The notes under the pieces are model-generated. The model made no database searches and had not been told where the DNA came from. It saw only the letters and a list, made by a program, of their open reading frames with translations. Shown piece after piece: positions 11,930 through 24,939 of a stretch of DNA of 64,000 bases; positions within the stretch are counted from its first letter, which is position 1, and every line of letters starts with the position of its first letter. Location: the NCBI GenBank assembly GCA_964016885.1, contig OZ024741.1, forward strand, positions 172,050,001-172,114,000. The letters run 5' to 3'. Both the position numbers and the translations under genes were made by a program. Source of the stretch: Eledone cirrhosa (taxonomy: Eukaryota).

Positions 11930-13552
11930 TCTCTTTAAGTAGAGTTTATCGACATCACTCCTCTTGTGGAACATGTTGTCACTAGCTTCCAAGTCACTAG
12001 CTTCCTAGTCTTCCTATACATTTCTTTTTGTACCTCACCAGACATCAAGCAGTCATTGAACATGGTTGTCAGTTTCGGGTGGAGGGATGTTATATTTTTA
12101 ATCCAATACTCCTGCACACCATCTGGGCCTGGTGATTTCCAGTTGGTTAGTTTTTTGGCCTACCCATTAAGAGTTTCAACTGTGATACTCAAATCAGTTT
12201 GTTGGTGTGCTTGTTCACAAATCTTTGTGTGCTGTCTCAATCCACACTGCCTGACTATTATGTTCAATATCCTGCTCCGATATTCCTCTCCAGAATGTCT
12301 TAGTCTGGTCCGCCTCAAGGATCAAGTCGTTGCCTCTTTCTTTCCCTTCAAGCTGTCCAAACAACATCTTTTGGTTGTTGTCAAACATGCGGTTCTGTCT
12401 ATACTGACTGACTCTGCTCTCATACCGTCTAATCTTTGCACTTTTTGCTACAAAGCGTTGCTTCAGTTCCTCTATGATAATATTTAGCTTTTTCCCCCTA
12501 GTTTTGTTCTTTATTTCCAATCTATTTTTAGTGTCTATGTTTTGTAATGTCCCATTCAGTAGGGACTCAAGCTTTGCAATGTCTTTTCTCATTTCCTTGC
12601 TTTGACCATTCAGTCGTTTCTTCCACCAAGGTTCTGATCTTTCTTGTTTGTTATTTCCTCTCGTTTTTATGCCAACTAATTTCCTCACCGCATTTGCTGT
12701 TGCTTTGAGGATATTGCTGCATTGGTGAAGGTTCCTCGCCTCAAGGTATGGGATGACTTTGTTTACCTTAGCTGTTGTTTCTTTTAACTTTTTCCTGTCT
12801 ACAAATCCTAGGTTCATAGGTTTTCCACTATCATTGTTCATTTCATCTACCACTAAGTTCAGGATATCAACCAAATCTTGTCCGAGCCCGTCAGAATTCA
12901 TTTCCTCAATGGCCGTATCTTTTTGTTCCAGATGATATTTATTTCAGCATTCAGATCATTGTCTGCTTCCGATGCTTCCTCGGGTCTCTCAACCTCTTCA
13001 CTTTCATTTCCTACTGGCTCGTTTGCCTGACATACTCCACTCTCCATTTCCAACTTAATCTCTCTGCTCAGTTCCTCCAGTTCCAACTCGCTTATCCATC
13101 CATTAGTTCTTATTATCCGAGCCTGCCCGGCCAATTTTTATTTATCTAATATAAATAGACCAATCTCATTCCAGATGTTATGCATCCGTTTCCTATAGCC
13201 TTTTTCCATGAGGTTACTCTTCATGTAACATTCCATGACAGTTCTATTCAATTCTTTCGTCCAGTTGGTTCTTGTCCCTTTCCTTCTTCTTCTTCCTCCA
13301 ACACCAGCAATATTTGGATGACAGCCAGGTCCCTGCTGCTGGGCCAGGGAACACTTGCTGGGTGACAGTCTTTCACATGACGTTCCAGTCTCCTTTTCAC
13401 CGTTATTCGAACTGTTTAGGTTCGACATTTAAACACTCATATCGAGGATTGGTGAATGTATGGTTACATAACCACGAGTGATTTCATCAACCCCAGTGAT
13501 TTCATCACCCCCGGTGATTTTAGCGTGGCAGCATCACGCTGTAGACGAACAT
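11930..13552 (-). mobile_element. R4/Dong-like non-LTR retrotransposon, 5' part only (N-terminal region and start of RT), decayed
   Basis: WTKELNRTVMECY..GYRKRMHNIW, QARII..WISELELEEL, PWWKKRL, EELKQR..KIRRYESR..QNRMF, NWKSPGPDGVQEYWIK. Confidence 0.8.
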
Positions 13553-13832
13553 AAATAAATAAACAAATAAGTAGATAAAAACTTTAAAAAATAAACATAA
13601 GTTTCATTGTAATGTTTGAATGTCTGACTTAGTTTTTTGTTTATTTGTTTTTTCCTTTTTGTTTTTCAAGGCCAGTAACATCGGTTACATGGTGTTGTTG
13701 TTGCTGCTGTTTTTTGGTTTTAGCTACGAGGGAAGTAGGGGTTGTTGCGTTCAAAACTTTTGAAATTTGTTTTTCTTTTGTTGTTGCATTTGTTTTTGTC
13801 TGTATTCTGTTCTGTAATTTTTCGACTTGTTG

Positions 13833-14470
13833 TGGATTGGCAGTATCGGTAGAGGGTCGGACGCCATGCTTTCCAGCATAGTTACGTCCCTTTACTATCT
13901 GAGTTCAAATCCTGCCAAGGTTAACTTTGCCTTTCATCCTTACGGGGTCGATAAAATAAAGTACCAGTAAGGAACTGGGTAATTGTTGGTCTTGTGCCAA
14001 AAGTAGAAACAATTATTATTATTATATTAGTGAATTGGCAGTATAGGTAGAGGGTCGGACGCCATGCTTTGACACATAGAGTTACGGCCCTTGCTATTCT
14101 GAGTTCAAATCCCGCCGAGGTTAACTTTGCCTTTCATCCTTACGGGGTCGATAAACTAAAGTACCAGTAATGTACTGGGTAATTGTTGGCCTTGTGCCAA
14201 AAAGTAGAAACAATTATTATATTAGAGCGGCGGATTGGCAGTACCGGTAGAGGGTCGGACGCCATGCTTTGACGCATTGAGTTACGGCCCTATTCTGAGT
14301 TCAAATCCCGCCGAGGTGTATCTTTGCCTTTCATCCTTACGGGATCGATAAAATAAAGTACCAGTAATACAGTGGGTAATTTTGCTGGCCTTGTGCCAAA
14401 AGTAGAAACAATTATTATTATTATATTATAGTCTGGCCTTGTGCCAAAAAGTAGAAACAATTATTATATT
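13833..14470 (+). mobile_element. Three head-to-tail tRNA-derived SINEs plus a partial tail copy
   Basis: Each ~195-bp unit has A box TGGCAGTATCGG, B box GAGTTCAAATCC, body GCCTTTCATCCTTACGGGGTCGATAAAATAAAGTACCAG and tail GTAGAAACA(ATT)n. Confidence 0.9.
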
Positions 14471-15341
14471 ATAGTTTAGATTTAGATTTGACATCGTTTA
14501 AATTAACATTTTGAGCGAGTTTAGAGATACAACAATAATTATGGTGTTGTTGTTAGCTGTTTGATCGGGTCACTAAATCAGTCTATTTATATCTTTTGGT
14601 GACTTCCTCGATTCTAGTCATGTGTAGTGGCACTAATACCATCCCTCTCTTAACAGGAGGCAGTGAGGGGATAGTGGTGGTAGCGATGATGCAGTGGTGA
14701 CGGTGGTGATGGGATAGTAGTACTGTAGTGATGGTGTTGTTGCAGCTGTTGGTTTGTATCTATTTAAATTTTGTGTGATAGTGGTGGTGGTGGTGGCGGC
14801 GGCAGTGGTGGTGTTGGTGGTGAAATTATTTGGCTGTTGTTTTCTTCCATTTGTGACCATTTGTTACCATTTGCTTTTTTTACTATAACATTTCTGATAC
14901 AAGATTAAATATTAAATATTGGAGCACTATGCCATAATGTTATGCTTTGTCACTTCCTGAGAGTTAAGACTGGTATCATATGTCCCATTTGTAATAAGAA
15001 TTATTCTATCACAATTGTTTAAAATATGTAAAAAATCAAAAACTTACGGGAGCGATTCCATAACACTCTATCCACCGTGTGCGTAATCTTCCCTTATTAT
15101 ATTATTATTATTATTATTATTATTATTGGCGACCTACGTAGGAAATCGTATCATCGTGAGCTCCGCAGAGGTTTGTTGTTTTCGTTTGATTAAAATTGCC
15201 ATTTATGGAAAATCTTTGTTGTTAACTATTTATAAAGTCACAAAATTTGCTTTCGGAAAAGGACATTCAAAAAGATTGGGGCCTTGAGCCCAAAATTTAA
15301 ACTTTTATACTTATCAAACAAAACATTTCTTTGAAAAAATC

Positions 15342-16655
15342 ATGGACGACTCACAGCTACACCAAGTAGCTGAGAGCCTTCCTCACAAACTAACACCTCA
15401 CACCAACTCCACCATTGTAAATATTACTACGTTTGCCAACACTAAAAATATAAGCAGTAGCAATAATTTAAATTTGTCTCATGCAGACATTCATTTCCCG
15501 CCATTACCAATGACTGCAGATGTTGAAGCCGCCACCCCCACCACCACCTCAGCGACAACAGAAACGAAAGAAAAAAGTAAATTACCTTGTGACATCGAAA
15601 TGGATTCACCCAGAATGGACTCTCCCACACCGAACACCACTGACGCCACCACCACCACAACTGAAACATCGTGTCATTTGCGAAGGCAGCCAAAAGATGC
15701 GAAACAATCCAGGTAACTCAGGAGGAATTAGATGAAGCCAAGAGAATGGTAAAGAAAGATGGGTACAGCTTTCTGCCCTCAGGCTATAAAGTTGAGGCCA
15801 CCTCTCTTACCCACCCCAGTGACTCAACCATCAACACCACCAGCAGCAGAAATGGCAGCAACAACTGTAGCAGCAACAACAGAAGCAACTGTAGCAGCAA
15901 CAACCCCAGCAACAGTAGTAAAACCAACACCACCACCACCCAACGCGCCAGAACAAGCACCAGCGCCTACACCATCCACCACGCTACAATCAAAACCAAC
16001 GCCTGTGGAAGATTTTCCACTCCTCGGCTTATCGCAACTGGAGAGAGATTGTGACGACGAGGAGAGGGAAACGGTATCAGGAAAAAAGAAAAAGAAAAAA
16101 AGAAGCCAAAAAAGAAAAAAATCCCCTTCCTTCCCCCTCCAAAAACAAAATACAGAGGGAAACAAATAAACTATCAAACAAAAAAGTTAGGACAGCTATG
16201 CCACCATCCACACCAGCATCACCAACCCCATCACCACAAACACCAACACCATGACCATCATTAACCTCAACACCACCATCACCAACACCACAAAAGTTAC
16301 CAAAAAGCGAAACAGAAACAAACCCACAACAAACGCAAACAAACAAAACAACCAAAACGATACACATTACACAGCATTAAATTTGAACAACCAATTATTA
16401 CACTACATCCAACACAACACCAGCATCACAAACAAATACTACAAAACAACCCAAAAGTTCACACCACATCCACACATACAACTCACTCGCATCACACAGA
16501 AAACGTACATGAGACTAAAACAAAAATTCCCCGAAGATATCGGAGACTTCCGACAAGCACTCTCCAGGAGGATTTATAAGGACATCCTTCCGGAGGAGGC
16601 CACAAGCAGTGAAAAGGATGGAGAAACCATCCTTCCTCTACGAGAAGTAAGGTAA
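15342..16655 (+). pseudogene. LINE ORF1-like, low-complexity T/P/K-rich, frameshifted
   Basis: Overlapping ORFs directly upstream of the APE domain; SFAKAAK motif and basic tract; no zinc knuckle seen. Confidence 0.55.
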
Positions 16656-19600
16656 GTGGTTTTTCCTATCTTTTCCACTCCATTTCAACATGACCTCGTC
16701 AAGGAAGCAGGGCCACCTACTTACGACCTCAGGTCACTAAACATAGATGTAGTGGCCATCCGCGAGACTAGAATCACCGAAGCACGGGCCTTCGCACCGA
16801 TCTTCGGTGGCTACGATGTGTACGCATATCCCAGCCGTCGTGGATCAGGGGAGGAGTTGCTGTGCTTTTTCGGAGAGGTTTGGATCTCGCCATACGGGCC
16901 ATCTTCCTGGACCCAGAAGGTAAGTTGGTGGTGCTGGACGTGACCAGCGGAGACGGGAAAGCTTTCAGGCTAGTGGCCGTCTATGCCCCGACAGGAGCAG
17001 GGCGGCCTGATTTCTTCTGGCGTCTGGAGACCTTTCTTAGAACGTCTCGCTCTTTAGTGTTAGTGGGCGACTGGAACAGGATCTTAGATGCACGCTGGGA
17101 CTGTGTGGGATTAGCGGATAGGGGAGGAGGGTGCAAGAGCCTCACCAACCTGCTCAGGCGTTTTGAACTGTCTGACAGGTACCGATTGGATTTCCCGAAT
17201 GTGCCAATGTGGACTTGGACAAACCGCATAGGGTCATCCAGATCATATCTAGATAGATTATTTTGCAGGGAAATAGATAGGTCTAGCATAGGCTGTCCAC
17301 AATTCAAGATAGTCAGCTACACGGACCACAAATTCGTGATCTGTGTGCTTGACTTAGATAGGCTTCATAGACGAGGACCCGGCTACTGGAAGCTAAATGC
17401 GTCCTTACCAGCGCGCAAGGCCTACAGAGACCGGATTAGCGAACTAGACGGGGGCCATCGTCAACAACAAGTGGTGGTTTGCTCTAAAAAGAGCGATTAG
17501 AATAGAGTCCATTAGGTTTAGTAAGGCTTTAGCAATAGAGAAAAATAGAGCAGAGGGAGAACTAGTTAGAAAATTAGACGAGGCGCTTAGCAAAGGCATC
17601 GCGACCGACGTACTTGCGGCAAAATTGGCCCTTGACCAATTCTTCAATACAAAGCACAAAGGCTGCGTTCTCAGAGCTAGGGTGCGTGCTCTCAGACACG
17701 AGAGGACGAAAGCCGTTCAATGGGCCCGAGTGGCGGAGGCGCGTCGTGGCAACAAAGCCACGATCCGGTCTTTGTGGACCACGACGGGCGCATGCTACTC
17801 GATCCCGGGCAAATGTGTGAAGCTTTTCAGCAACATTTCGCTTCAACTGTTCGGGGGCAGCGGCGGGCGGGGTTGAGGGATGGACTTTAGTGTCTACCTC
17901 GACGGACTGTCGCGGCTCTCGGCGACTGCGGCGGAGTGTTGCGAAAAGCCGATAACAGCCCCTGAAGTACGGGAGGCAATGACTAGCTGCACAAGGGGTA
18001 AATCGACTGGTTTGGATGGTCTGCTCTATGAACTTTACGTACAGATGCCAGACTTGTTCGGAGGCCTCTTGGCGGATGTCTACGTAAACTGGCAACAGAA
18101 CGGGAGAATTATTAGCTCTGTAAGCCGAGGAGCTGTGGCGCTGCTGAGAAAGGATCCGAACAAGGGGGATAACATAGATAATTTTAGGCCCATAACTCTG
18201 CTAAACCCAGAGTTCAAGATTTTGGCCAATGTGCTAGCAAAGAGGTTGGCGCTTGTCGTTGGTGGTCTGGTGGGAGAGGCGCAGACATGCGCCATTCCCG
18301 ACAGATCCATCCACGACAACCTCCACCTCATGCGATACATCGTAGAGAGCATAGCTAGGGAACCTGGCACGGGTGGGTCCTTCATCAATTTAGATCAGTC
18401 GAAAGCTTTCGATAGGGGCGACCATCGTTACCTAGCGGCAGTTCTGAGGGCGGCTGGCTTTGGGCCCGTCTTCAGAGGCTGGATCGCTGCCATGCACAGC
18501 GACATCTGCTCTGTGGTGAGAGTGAACGGTCACCTTTCGGAACCGTTCAACATCGTGCGCTCGGTCCGCCAAGGATGTCCCCTCTCGTCCCTCTTGTACG
18601 TATTGACTCTCGAGCCATTACTCCACAAACTGGAGACGTTGAGGAGGGTCCCGCGCGAACTAGGATGCGGAAGATCCGTGTCAGCATATGCGGACGATGT
18701 CACCGTAGTGGTGTCGAATGCCAAACACATGGAGGCGATCGGCACTACACTAAGAGAATACGAAGCGGTGACAGGAGCAATGATCAACCAGGAAATGTCA
18801 ATGGGCCTGCAGCTCGGCACCTGGAGAGGCAGGTCCATGCCGTCCAACAGCGTCGTCGGGCGCTGGACGGACGGATCGGTTAAATTGCCTAGGGGTCTGG
18901 TTCGGTCCAGACCTCCAGACGGACAAAAACTGGGACGAGGTGACGAGCAGGGTGTCTTCTCTCACCCAGAAATGGGCGGAGAGGAAGCTATCCCTGAAAG
19001 GTCGAGCGGAGGTGGCTAATGCGTACATCGCGTCCGTCATCTACTACTGCCTGACCATCGTACCTTGTCCTAAGCCCCGCCTGACTGCGCTGGAGCGTTT
19101 GCTCTTTCGCTTTTTGTGGAAGGGACGCGCTCCGATGGTCACGCGGTCCATCTACTGTCAACACCCGCTACGTGGAGGGCTGGGCATGCCGTGGCTGATG
19201 ATGCGCAGACACGCGCTCAGACTACGACATCTCCACCTCTTCCTCGACGGTGATCAGGTGTGGTCGCCGTTTGCTAGACACGTCTTTCCCCAGCTCATCT
19301 CCTTGACGGAGCTGCAGTCCTGGGTCAAGCGAAGACCGAGAGGGAGCGCTTGGAGACTGGAATATTTTCAGGCGCTCACAGCCCTCGATCAATCGGGCAA
19401 TGTGATTGGTGGTAACTCCACCTTGGTGTTCTATGGAGGATTATTGAAGGGGAAGAGCGACGACATACTTGGGGAAACTCTAGGCGTCGACGAAAATCAA
19501 CTAGCCAATCTCTTCGGAAGAACTTTCGGGCCGGGGCCTATGGACAACTTCCAGAAATCCCTGGCCTGGCAGTGCTACCGAGGAGCTTTGCCAGTTCGGG

Positions 19601-20056
19601 ATAAACTCTACAGGCTAGGAGGTGCCGTCACCCAGGCATGTCCGAGCTTCCCGCAGGGCGACGAAACCGTCCTGCACGCACTCGTCCAGTGTCCGAGCAT
19701 TGCTGACTTGTGGGTTTATGTCGAACACCTGCTGTCGCGTGTAGGAGGGATGCAGCTATCAGCTGAGTCCATCGTGAGGATTGCCCCGCCCTCTTCCTTT
19801 AGTCGAGAAGAGCAGGCAGTTTTTTATCTCTCTGGTGGACACGGCGAAAGAGATAGTATGGTGGACACGTTTGAAAGGGCTGAAGACGAGCACTTACCTC
19901 TTCGGTGATGCCCTGATTAATTTTTTCAAATTTCATTTGAAAAGGAAAATCAGGGTAGAGAGGGAAGTGCTCTCTTCCCAGCATTTTTTTGAAAGATGGG
20001 TGAGAGAGTCAAGAATGGCCCGAGTGAATGGCCCTTCTCTGAGTATGTGTCTGTAA
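16656..20056 (+). pseudogene. Tx1/L1-like ORF2 (APE endonuclease, RT, C-terminal Zn-binding region) with several frameshifts
   Basis: VVAIRET, VYAP, GDWN, SYLDR, TDHK, GPGYWKLN; GLDGL, NFRPITLLN, LDQSKAFD, VRQGCPLS, YADD; GGLGMP; ETVLHALVQC. Confidence 0.93.
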
Positions 20057-20304
20057 ATTAAAGGTGGAAAACTGGGAGAGGGCACTTGCCTTGGTGGTCA
20101 GGGTCATTGTGGCTTTTTACTGGGCTTTCTCCACGAATGTCCCTCGGAAGTCTCCCCCGTATTGGGGAATTTTTCATTGTTATTTTTTTTGTTACATCCT
20201 CTGTTTTTGTTTTTTACACGCATAAATGCCCATTTGTACCTTCCTTTATGTAAACCCTTGTGGTTAATAAAGAAAATATTATTATTATTATTATTATTAT
20301 TATA

Positions 20305-20933
20305 CTCTAACGCGTAGAAATACCTATGATGCCTAGTAGACAACTGATGATGGATAGTCCTGGCTTCTAATTTCTAATTTTTCATTATACTTAAATGCAA
20401 CAACACAGCTCCCCATTTTGATTCATATATGCTTCCCCTTCTGCTGTGACTTGTCTTTTTTATCTTCCCTTGCTGCTATCCTCTCTCTCTGCCCCTTCTC
20501 TCTCTCCTTCTCCCTCTTACTTTCACTCACTCCCTTTGCTAGTCACCCTCTCTCTCTCGGCTAACCTCTTCCTCGCACTCCACTCACTCACTCTCTGCTA
20601 CTTACCCCTCTCTCACTTCCTACATCGTCCAACACTGTACGCGGTCTTTCTTCTCGCTCACACTCGTACGGTCAAGACGCTGTCTTTTTCTCCTCGTTAA
20701 TGAATTATTGACTGGAATTTTTCCTTTTTCCTCTCTTTACGTTGCTTCACCCACCATGTCTGTTTACATGTCTTTCTCTTTCTCCACCCACTTCTTTTTA
20801 TCCCAATAACTTACTTTAGTTATTGTTTCGCCTTAGGCTGAGGTGTCTTGTCTCTAACGCGCAGAAATACCTATGATTCCTAGTAGACAACTGATGATGG
20901 ATAATTCTAACTTCTAATTATTTCTAATTTTTC

Positions 20934-20938
<5 letters not shown>
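20305..20938 (+). repeat. ORF-less partial tandem with ~85-bp direct terminal repeats (period about 547 bp)
   Basis: CTCTAACGCG.AGAAATACCTATGAT.CCTAGTAGACAACTGATGATGGATA at 20305 and 20852; ends in (TA)n. Confidence 0.75.
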
Positions 20939-20967
<29 letters not shown>

Positions 20968-20974
<7 letters not shown>

Positions 20975-21342
20975 CAAAATATTAACAAATGAAAAATATT
21001 CTCATAATCAAAATATATACTTTATTATATATATTTCAGAGGTACTGTGTTGTTTTTTCAGTACGTCCTCATCATGACTACCAATACTGGAATTGAATAA
21101 TCAAAACCGTAGCGGTATGTCATATATCAAATCATATATTTTGTCTGATGAACACGTACTGAAAAAACAACACAGTACCTCTGAAATATATATAATAAGG
21201 TATATATTTTGATTGAGAATATGTTTCATTTGTTAATATTTTGAATAATATTAAAAACTCCAGGAAAACCTCCTATCGAGTGCTTCTAATCTATTGTAAA
21301 ATTGTATTTATTGAGTAATCAACGAACCATACTAATCTTTCG

Positions 21343-21343
<1 letters not shown>
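20968..21343 (+). mobile_element. ORF-less fold-back PLE-pLTR mini-insert with HHR
   Basis: 20968-21074 is an inverted copy of 21146-21250; ~95-nt tail; (TA)n on both sides; homologous to 32120-32495. Confidence 0.85.
21137..21202 (+). ncRNA. Type I hammerhead ribozyme (partly decayed)
   Basis: TATTTTGT-CTGATGA-ACA C GTACTG..CAGTAC C TCT-GAAAT-ATAT-ATA^-ATAAGGTA. Confidence 0.7.
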
Positions 21344-21424
<81 letters not shown>

Positions 21425-22193
21425 CCACAACATAAGCTAAATAGAGTTGCAACTACTGTAACCATATAACCAAGTACTGCTGAGGATAAGCTTTTTTTTC
21501 TCTTACGTGCATCTACCATATCCATGGTAAGCCTTTTCTTTTTCACTCTCCACTTCCCAGAACAACGCCCTGCTTTCCGTCCCAAATTCAGTGAACCTCA
21601 GTAACTAGTTTGGCATGTAGAATCTCAATACGGTTTCGTTTATGTTTCATATGTAGATGATGTGTTGTGAACTTATTATTCACCATATGCTTGATGATGG
21701 TAGTTAAATGTTTGATTCTGTGATGCAGGTTAATGATATCTGTCAGTGTTATCCATATGAGTGTCACGAAGTTATAGCAGTTGTGTGCAAGCAGGAATTA
21801 AATAAATTATATCAATAAGTCTCATCAAAAGGTTCCATATACTTTCTGGTGTTGTCATCAGCAACTTTTAACATAAATGGGACTGGCTTTTCCCCTGTCA
21901 CATAAAGAAGGGCCTGACATTCAACATCAGCCTAGAGAAATTGGCAAAATTGGATTTTAAAAGGTTTTACGTTATATATACTCTACAGATTTCACAGACA
22001 TCTGTCAGATCCGCATTTATGAATATATGTTTGTATGTATGTTCTTCTGGTTTTATAATTTCACAAATCTTTTCCCCAGAAGAACATACATACATATATT
22101 CATACATACGGATCCGACAGATGTCTGTGAAAGTATGTATGTATGTATGTATGTATGTATGTATGTATGTATGTATGTATGTATGTATGTATG

Positions 22194-22625
22194 TTCTTCT
22201 GGTTTTATAATTTCACAAAGTTTTACCAATAGAGAGAGAGTCGGTTTCTAACATAGACACAAGACTCTCTCATTGGAATGTACACAACATCAACTAGGTA
22301 GATATGTATGTATGCATGCATGTGTAGATATGGATGTTATTGTATGTGTGGATGTATATGTTTTGTGTTGTATATGTGCATGTGTATATGCTTTGTATCT
22401 GTACATGTGTATATGCAGTTATTAGATGCAACATTTTTGGAATGTTTTACATATTTTTACTGTTTCCTAACTAGTTGTGTTCTTTCTGTTCCTGTGAAGC
22501 CTAGCTTCTCAAGATTTGTATTGAGGCAGTTACTAACATATCCCAGTGCCCCAATAATCACAGGCATAAATCTGAAGGTGTAATCAGGGTGGAGTATCTG
22601 CAGATTTCTCATCAGTTCTGCATTA
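22194..22625 (-). mobile_element. 3' end of a restriction-like-endonuclease (R4/Dong-like) LINE, embedded in (ATAC)n
   Basis: AELMRNLQILHPDYTFRFMPVIIGALGYV C-terminal motif, then a 3' UTR; (TATG)n on both sides. Confidence 0.7.
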
Positions 22626-22722
22626 TGTATGTATGTATGTATGTATGTATGTATGTATGTATGTATGTATGTATGTATGTATGTATGTATGTATGTATGT
22701 ATGTATGTATGTATGTATGTAT

Positions 22723-23290
22723 GTCGGGTCACTCTTGAGTGCTACTGGTAATATGTAACCCAGTACAACCTGTCGCATGTTCGGGTCATCGGCGACTAAA
22801 CCAGCAATTCCACGTAGTTTACTTGGTGAGGAGGGTGATTTTGGACACCCTGCAAGACAAAAATCAAAACCTGACAAAGGGCAGAAGAACTCATAAGAGT
22901 CAACGGCCATCGAAAAGTGTACATAGGTATGTATATGTATATGTGTATATAAATGGGTGCATGTGTATGTATATGCGCGGTTAAACCACTGGGAGTGAAG
23001 GAATCCTATCCTTTGTCAGGGCATTCTTCTAGGAGAAGGCAACTCAGGAAACTGGGATTACTCCGATATAAAACCTGCGGCTCAGTAGTTAACGATGATG
23101 TTGATCTTTTCTTCTTTTCGGGTTATAGCTACTGTCGCTCAGAGAGTGGGATTGGCTCAGTGCACAGTCTTTCCTCACTTTAAAAAATATCTTCACGCAC
23201 AGCATTGCACGATAGAATTAATTAATAATTATCAATAATGTTATATCGTGCAATGACCACACTCGATAACGAGGGGGCAGCCCTCATCAT
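22723..23290 (+). mobile_element. ORF-less RTE-derived bipartite element, subfamily A
   Basis: 5' GTCGGGTCAC..GGCGACTAAAC, CTAGGAGAAGGCAACTC motif, 3' ACTCGATAACGAG..GCAGCC; second copy at 56157-56772. Confidence 0.7.
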
Positions 23291-23359
23291 GTATGTATGT
23301 ATGTATGTATGTATGTATGTATGTATGTATGTATGTATGTATGTATGTATGTATGTATG

Positions 23360-23640
23360 TTAAGAGAGTGGGACTGGCTTTGTGCAGTGCCTTTGCTCAC
23401 TATAAAAGCTTCACGGCACAGGCATTGCTTTATATCTGGAGATCTCTCTGCACTTGTCGTCACATGGTACCATGGGCCCAGCACTATGTGTCAATAATTG
23501 TCACAAGTGTAGTGTTTGTACCAGAATTTTCAAGTCGCTGGCTGGACTAAAAAGTCACACTCGTTCAGCGCATCGGTAGGAGTTCTCCTACATGGATATA
23601 AAGTAGTGGCCGTACTCGAAAACGAGTTGGCAGCCACCAT
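23360..23640 (+). mobile_element. 3' part of RTE-derived element subfamily B
   Basis: Near-identical to 57581-57860; encodes the remnant CHKCSVCTRIFKSLAGL (Zn-finger-like LINE C-terminus). Confidence 0.8.
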
Positions 23641-23656
23641 GTATGTATGTATGTGT

Positions 23657-24050
23657 GTCAGGTCGCTCACGTGTGCTACGGGTAACATGTAACCCAGCAC
23701 AACCTGTCTCATGGTCGAGTCGTCGACGACTAAACCGGCAATCGAACAACTTGCTTGATGAGGAGGGTGATATTTGCACACCCTGCTGGATGAAATATAA
23801 GATCTGGCAAAGTGCGGAGGGACTCAGCAGAGACAACGGCCATCCAAATAGTACTTTACTTTTTCACCTGGGAGTGAAAGGTCCCCCAGCTGTTCTCACA
23901 ACACCTTTCTAAGAGACGGAAGCACTAAAAAATTGTGGCTTCGGAAGCATCCGATGATGTTGACCAGTTCTCCTTTTCGGGTTTTGTTTTCGATGCTCAG
24001 AGAGTGGGATTGGTCGAGTACAAGGCTTTTCCCCACTTAAAAAACCTTCA
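23657..24050 (+). mobile_element. Diverged RTE-derived element, 5' part
   Basis: GTCAGGTCGC..GTAACATGTAACCCAG..GACGACTAAACCGGCAA shared with subfamilies A and B. Confidence 0.65.
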
Positions 24051-24939
24051 AACATTGGCATTGCTTGTTCAGGATATGTTACAGGTTTGTGTGGCTGGCC
24101 GTAGCCTAAAAGTACACCAAACACTATAATCTGACAAGCGATCGCAATACTTTTAGCAGAGTTTGCAGCCATCATTGTTGGTAGGTAAGGGTGGTTGCAT
24201 GGGTGAATGGAATCAGCGTGTGACACGGCTGGTATATTTGAATGACAATTAAAATCTGTCCGACGGGTTTCTAAATAGATTTTGTCCTCTTAATTTCACT
24301 CATACATAAAGTATAAAGGCGAACCTTGATGAAAGTAAATATCAAAAGCCTTCCTATAAGTACAATTAGATAGAATTTAGAATATCTTGACTTTGAAGCA
24401 CACTTCATAACCAATCGACCGTGCTTGTGTCAAGAGATATATGGGAATATATGCGAATATATAACAACAGAAGAACGCATAAACTTAAATGTGTAGTAGA
24501 ATCGGTAGAGCGTCGGACATACTTCATTGTTGTATTTAGTTGCGTATGTTTGCGTTCTGAAGATTCCTCTGGATTTCAGCTTTGCATTTGATATTTTATA
24601 GAGTCATAAGCATAACTACAGTTAAAGTACCGAGTCAACGAGGAGACATTGTCTCTAATCGAAACCAAAATCTAACATGTTGTTCCTAGGTTATATCACC
24701 AATTTGAGATGTGTTGGTCATAGTATTTACCCTCGCTATTAAGAAATCAATACCGCATTATAGAAAATCCAATTCCGCATTCAATGTTTTGTTATTCGTG
24801 ATGATATTCTTGTTTTCTTTTATTCGTTTACTGGATTCAGTCATTATTTCCGTCTGGCAATCTTCACCCAAAGATAGCCGGAGAAGTTTAAGTGGTTCAA
24901 ACAGGGGGCTGAATTAAGTCCAAGAATTGCACTAACTGG

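Larger units (their letters stand above)
15128..20276 (+). mobile_element. Near full-length Tx1/L1-like LINE inserted in (ATT)n
   Basis: ORF1-like region then APE-RT ORF2; AATAAA at 20266; (ATT)n at 15094-15127 and 20276-20303. Confidence 0.9.

Noticed and set aside
13430-13545. HDV-like ribozyme in the R4/Dong-like 5' UTR (TCCTCG, CACTCGT/ATGAGTG pairing on the minus strand)
   Set aside because: I could not place P1.1, P4 or the catalytic C; only short local repeats and hairpins are evident
13833-14430. tRNA genes or CRISPR-like array
   Set aside because: The A/B boxes belong to SINE heads with no cloverleaf; there is no repeat-spacer structure and no cas genes
21420-21960. Possible decayed coding fragment on the minus strand (FLLAHNCYNF, faintly like a PolB exonuclease motif)
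   Set aside because: A single short motif with stops nearby; unsupported without a profile search
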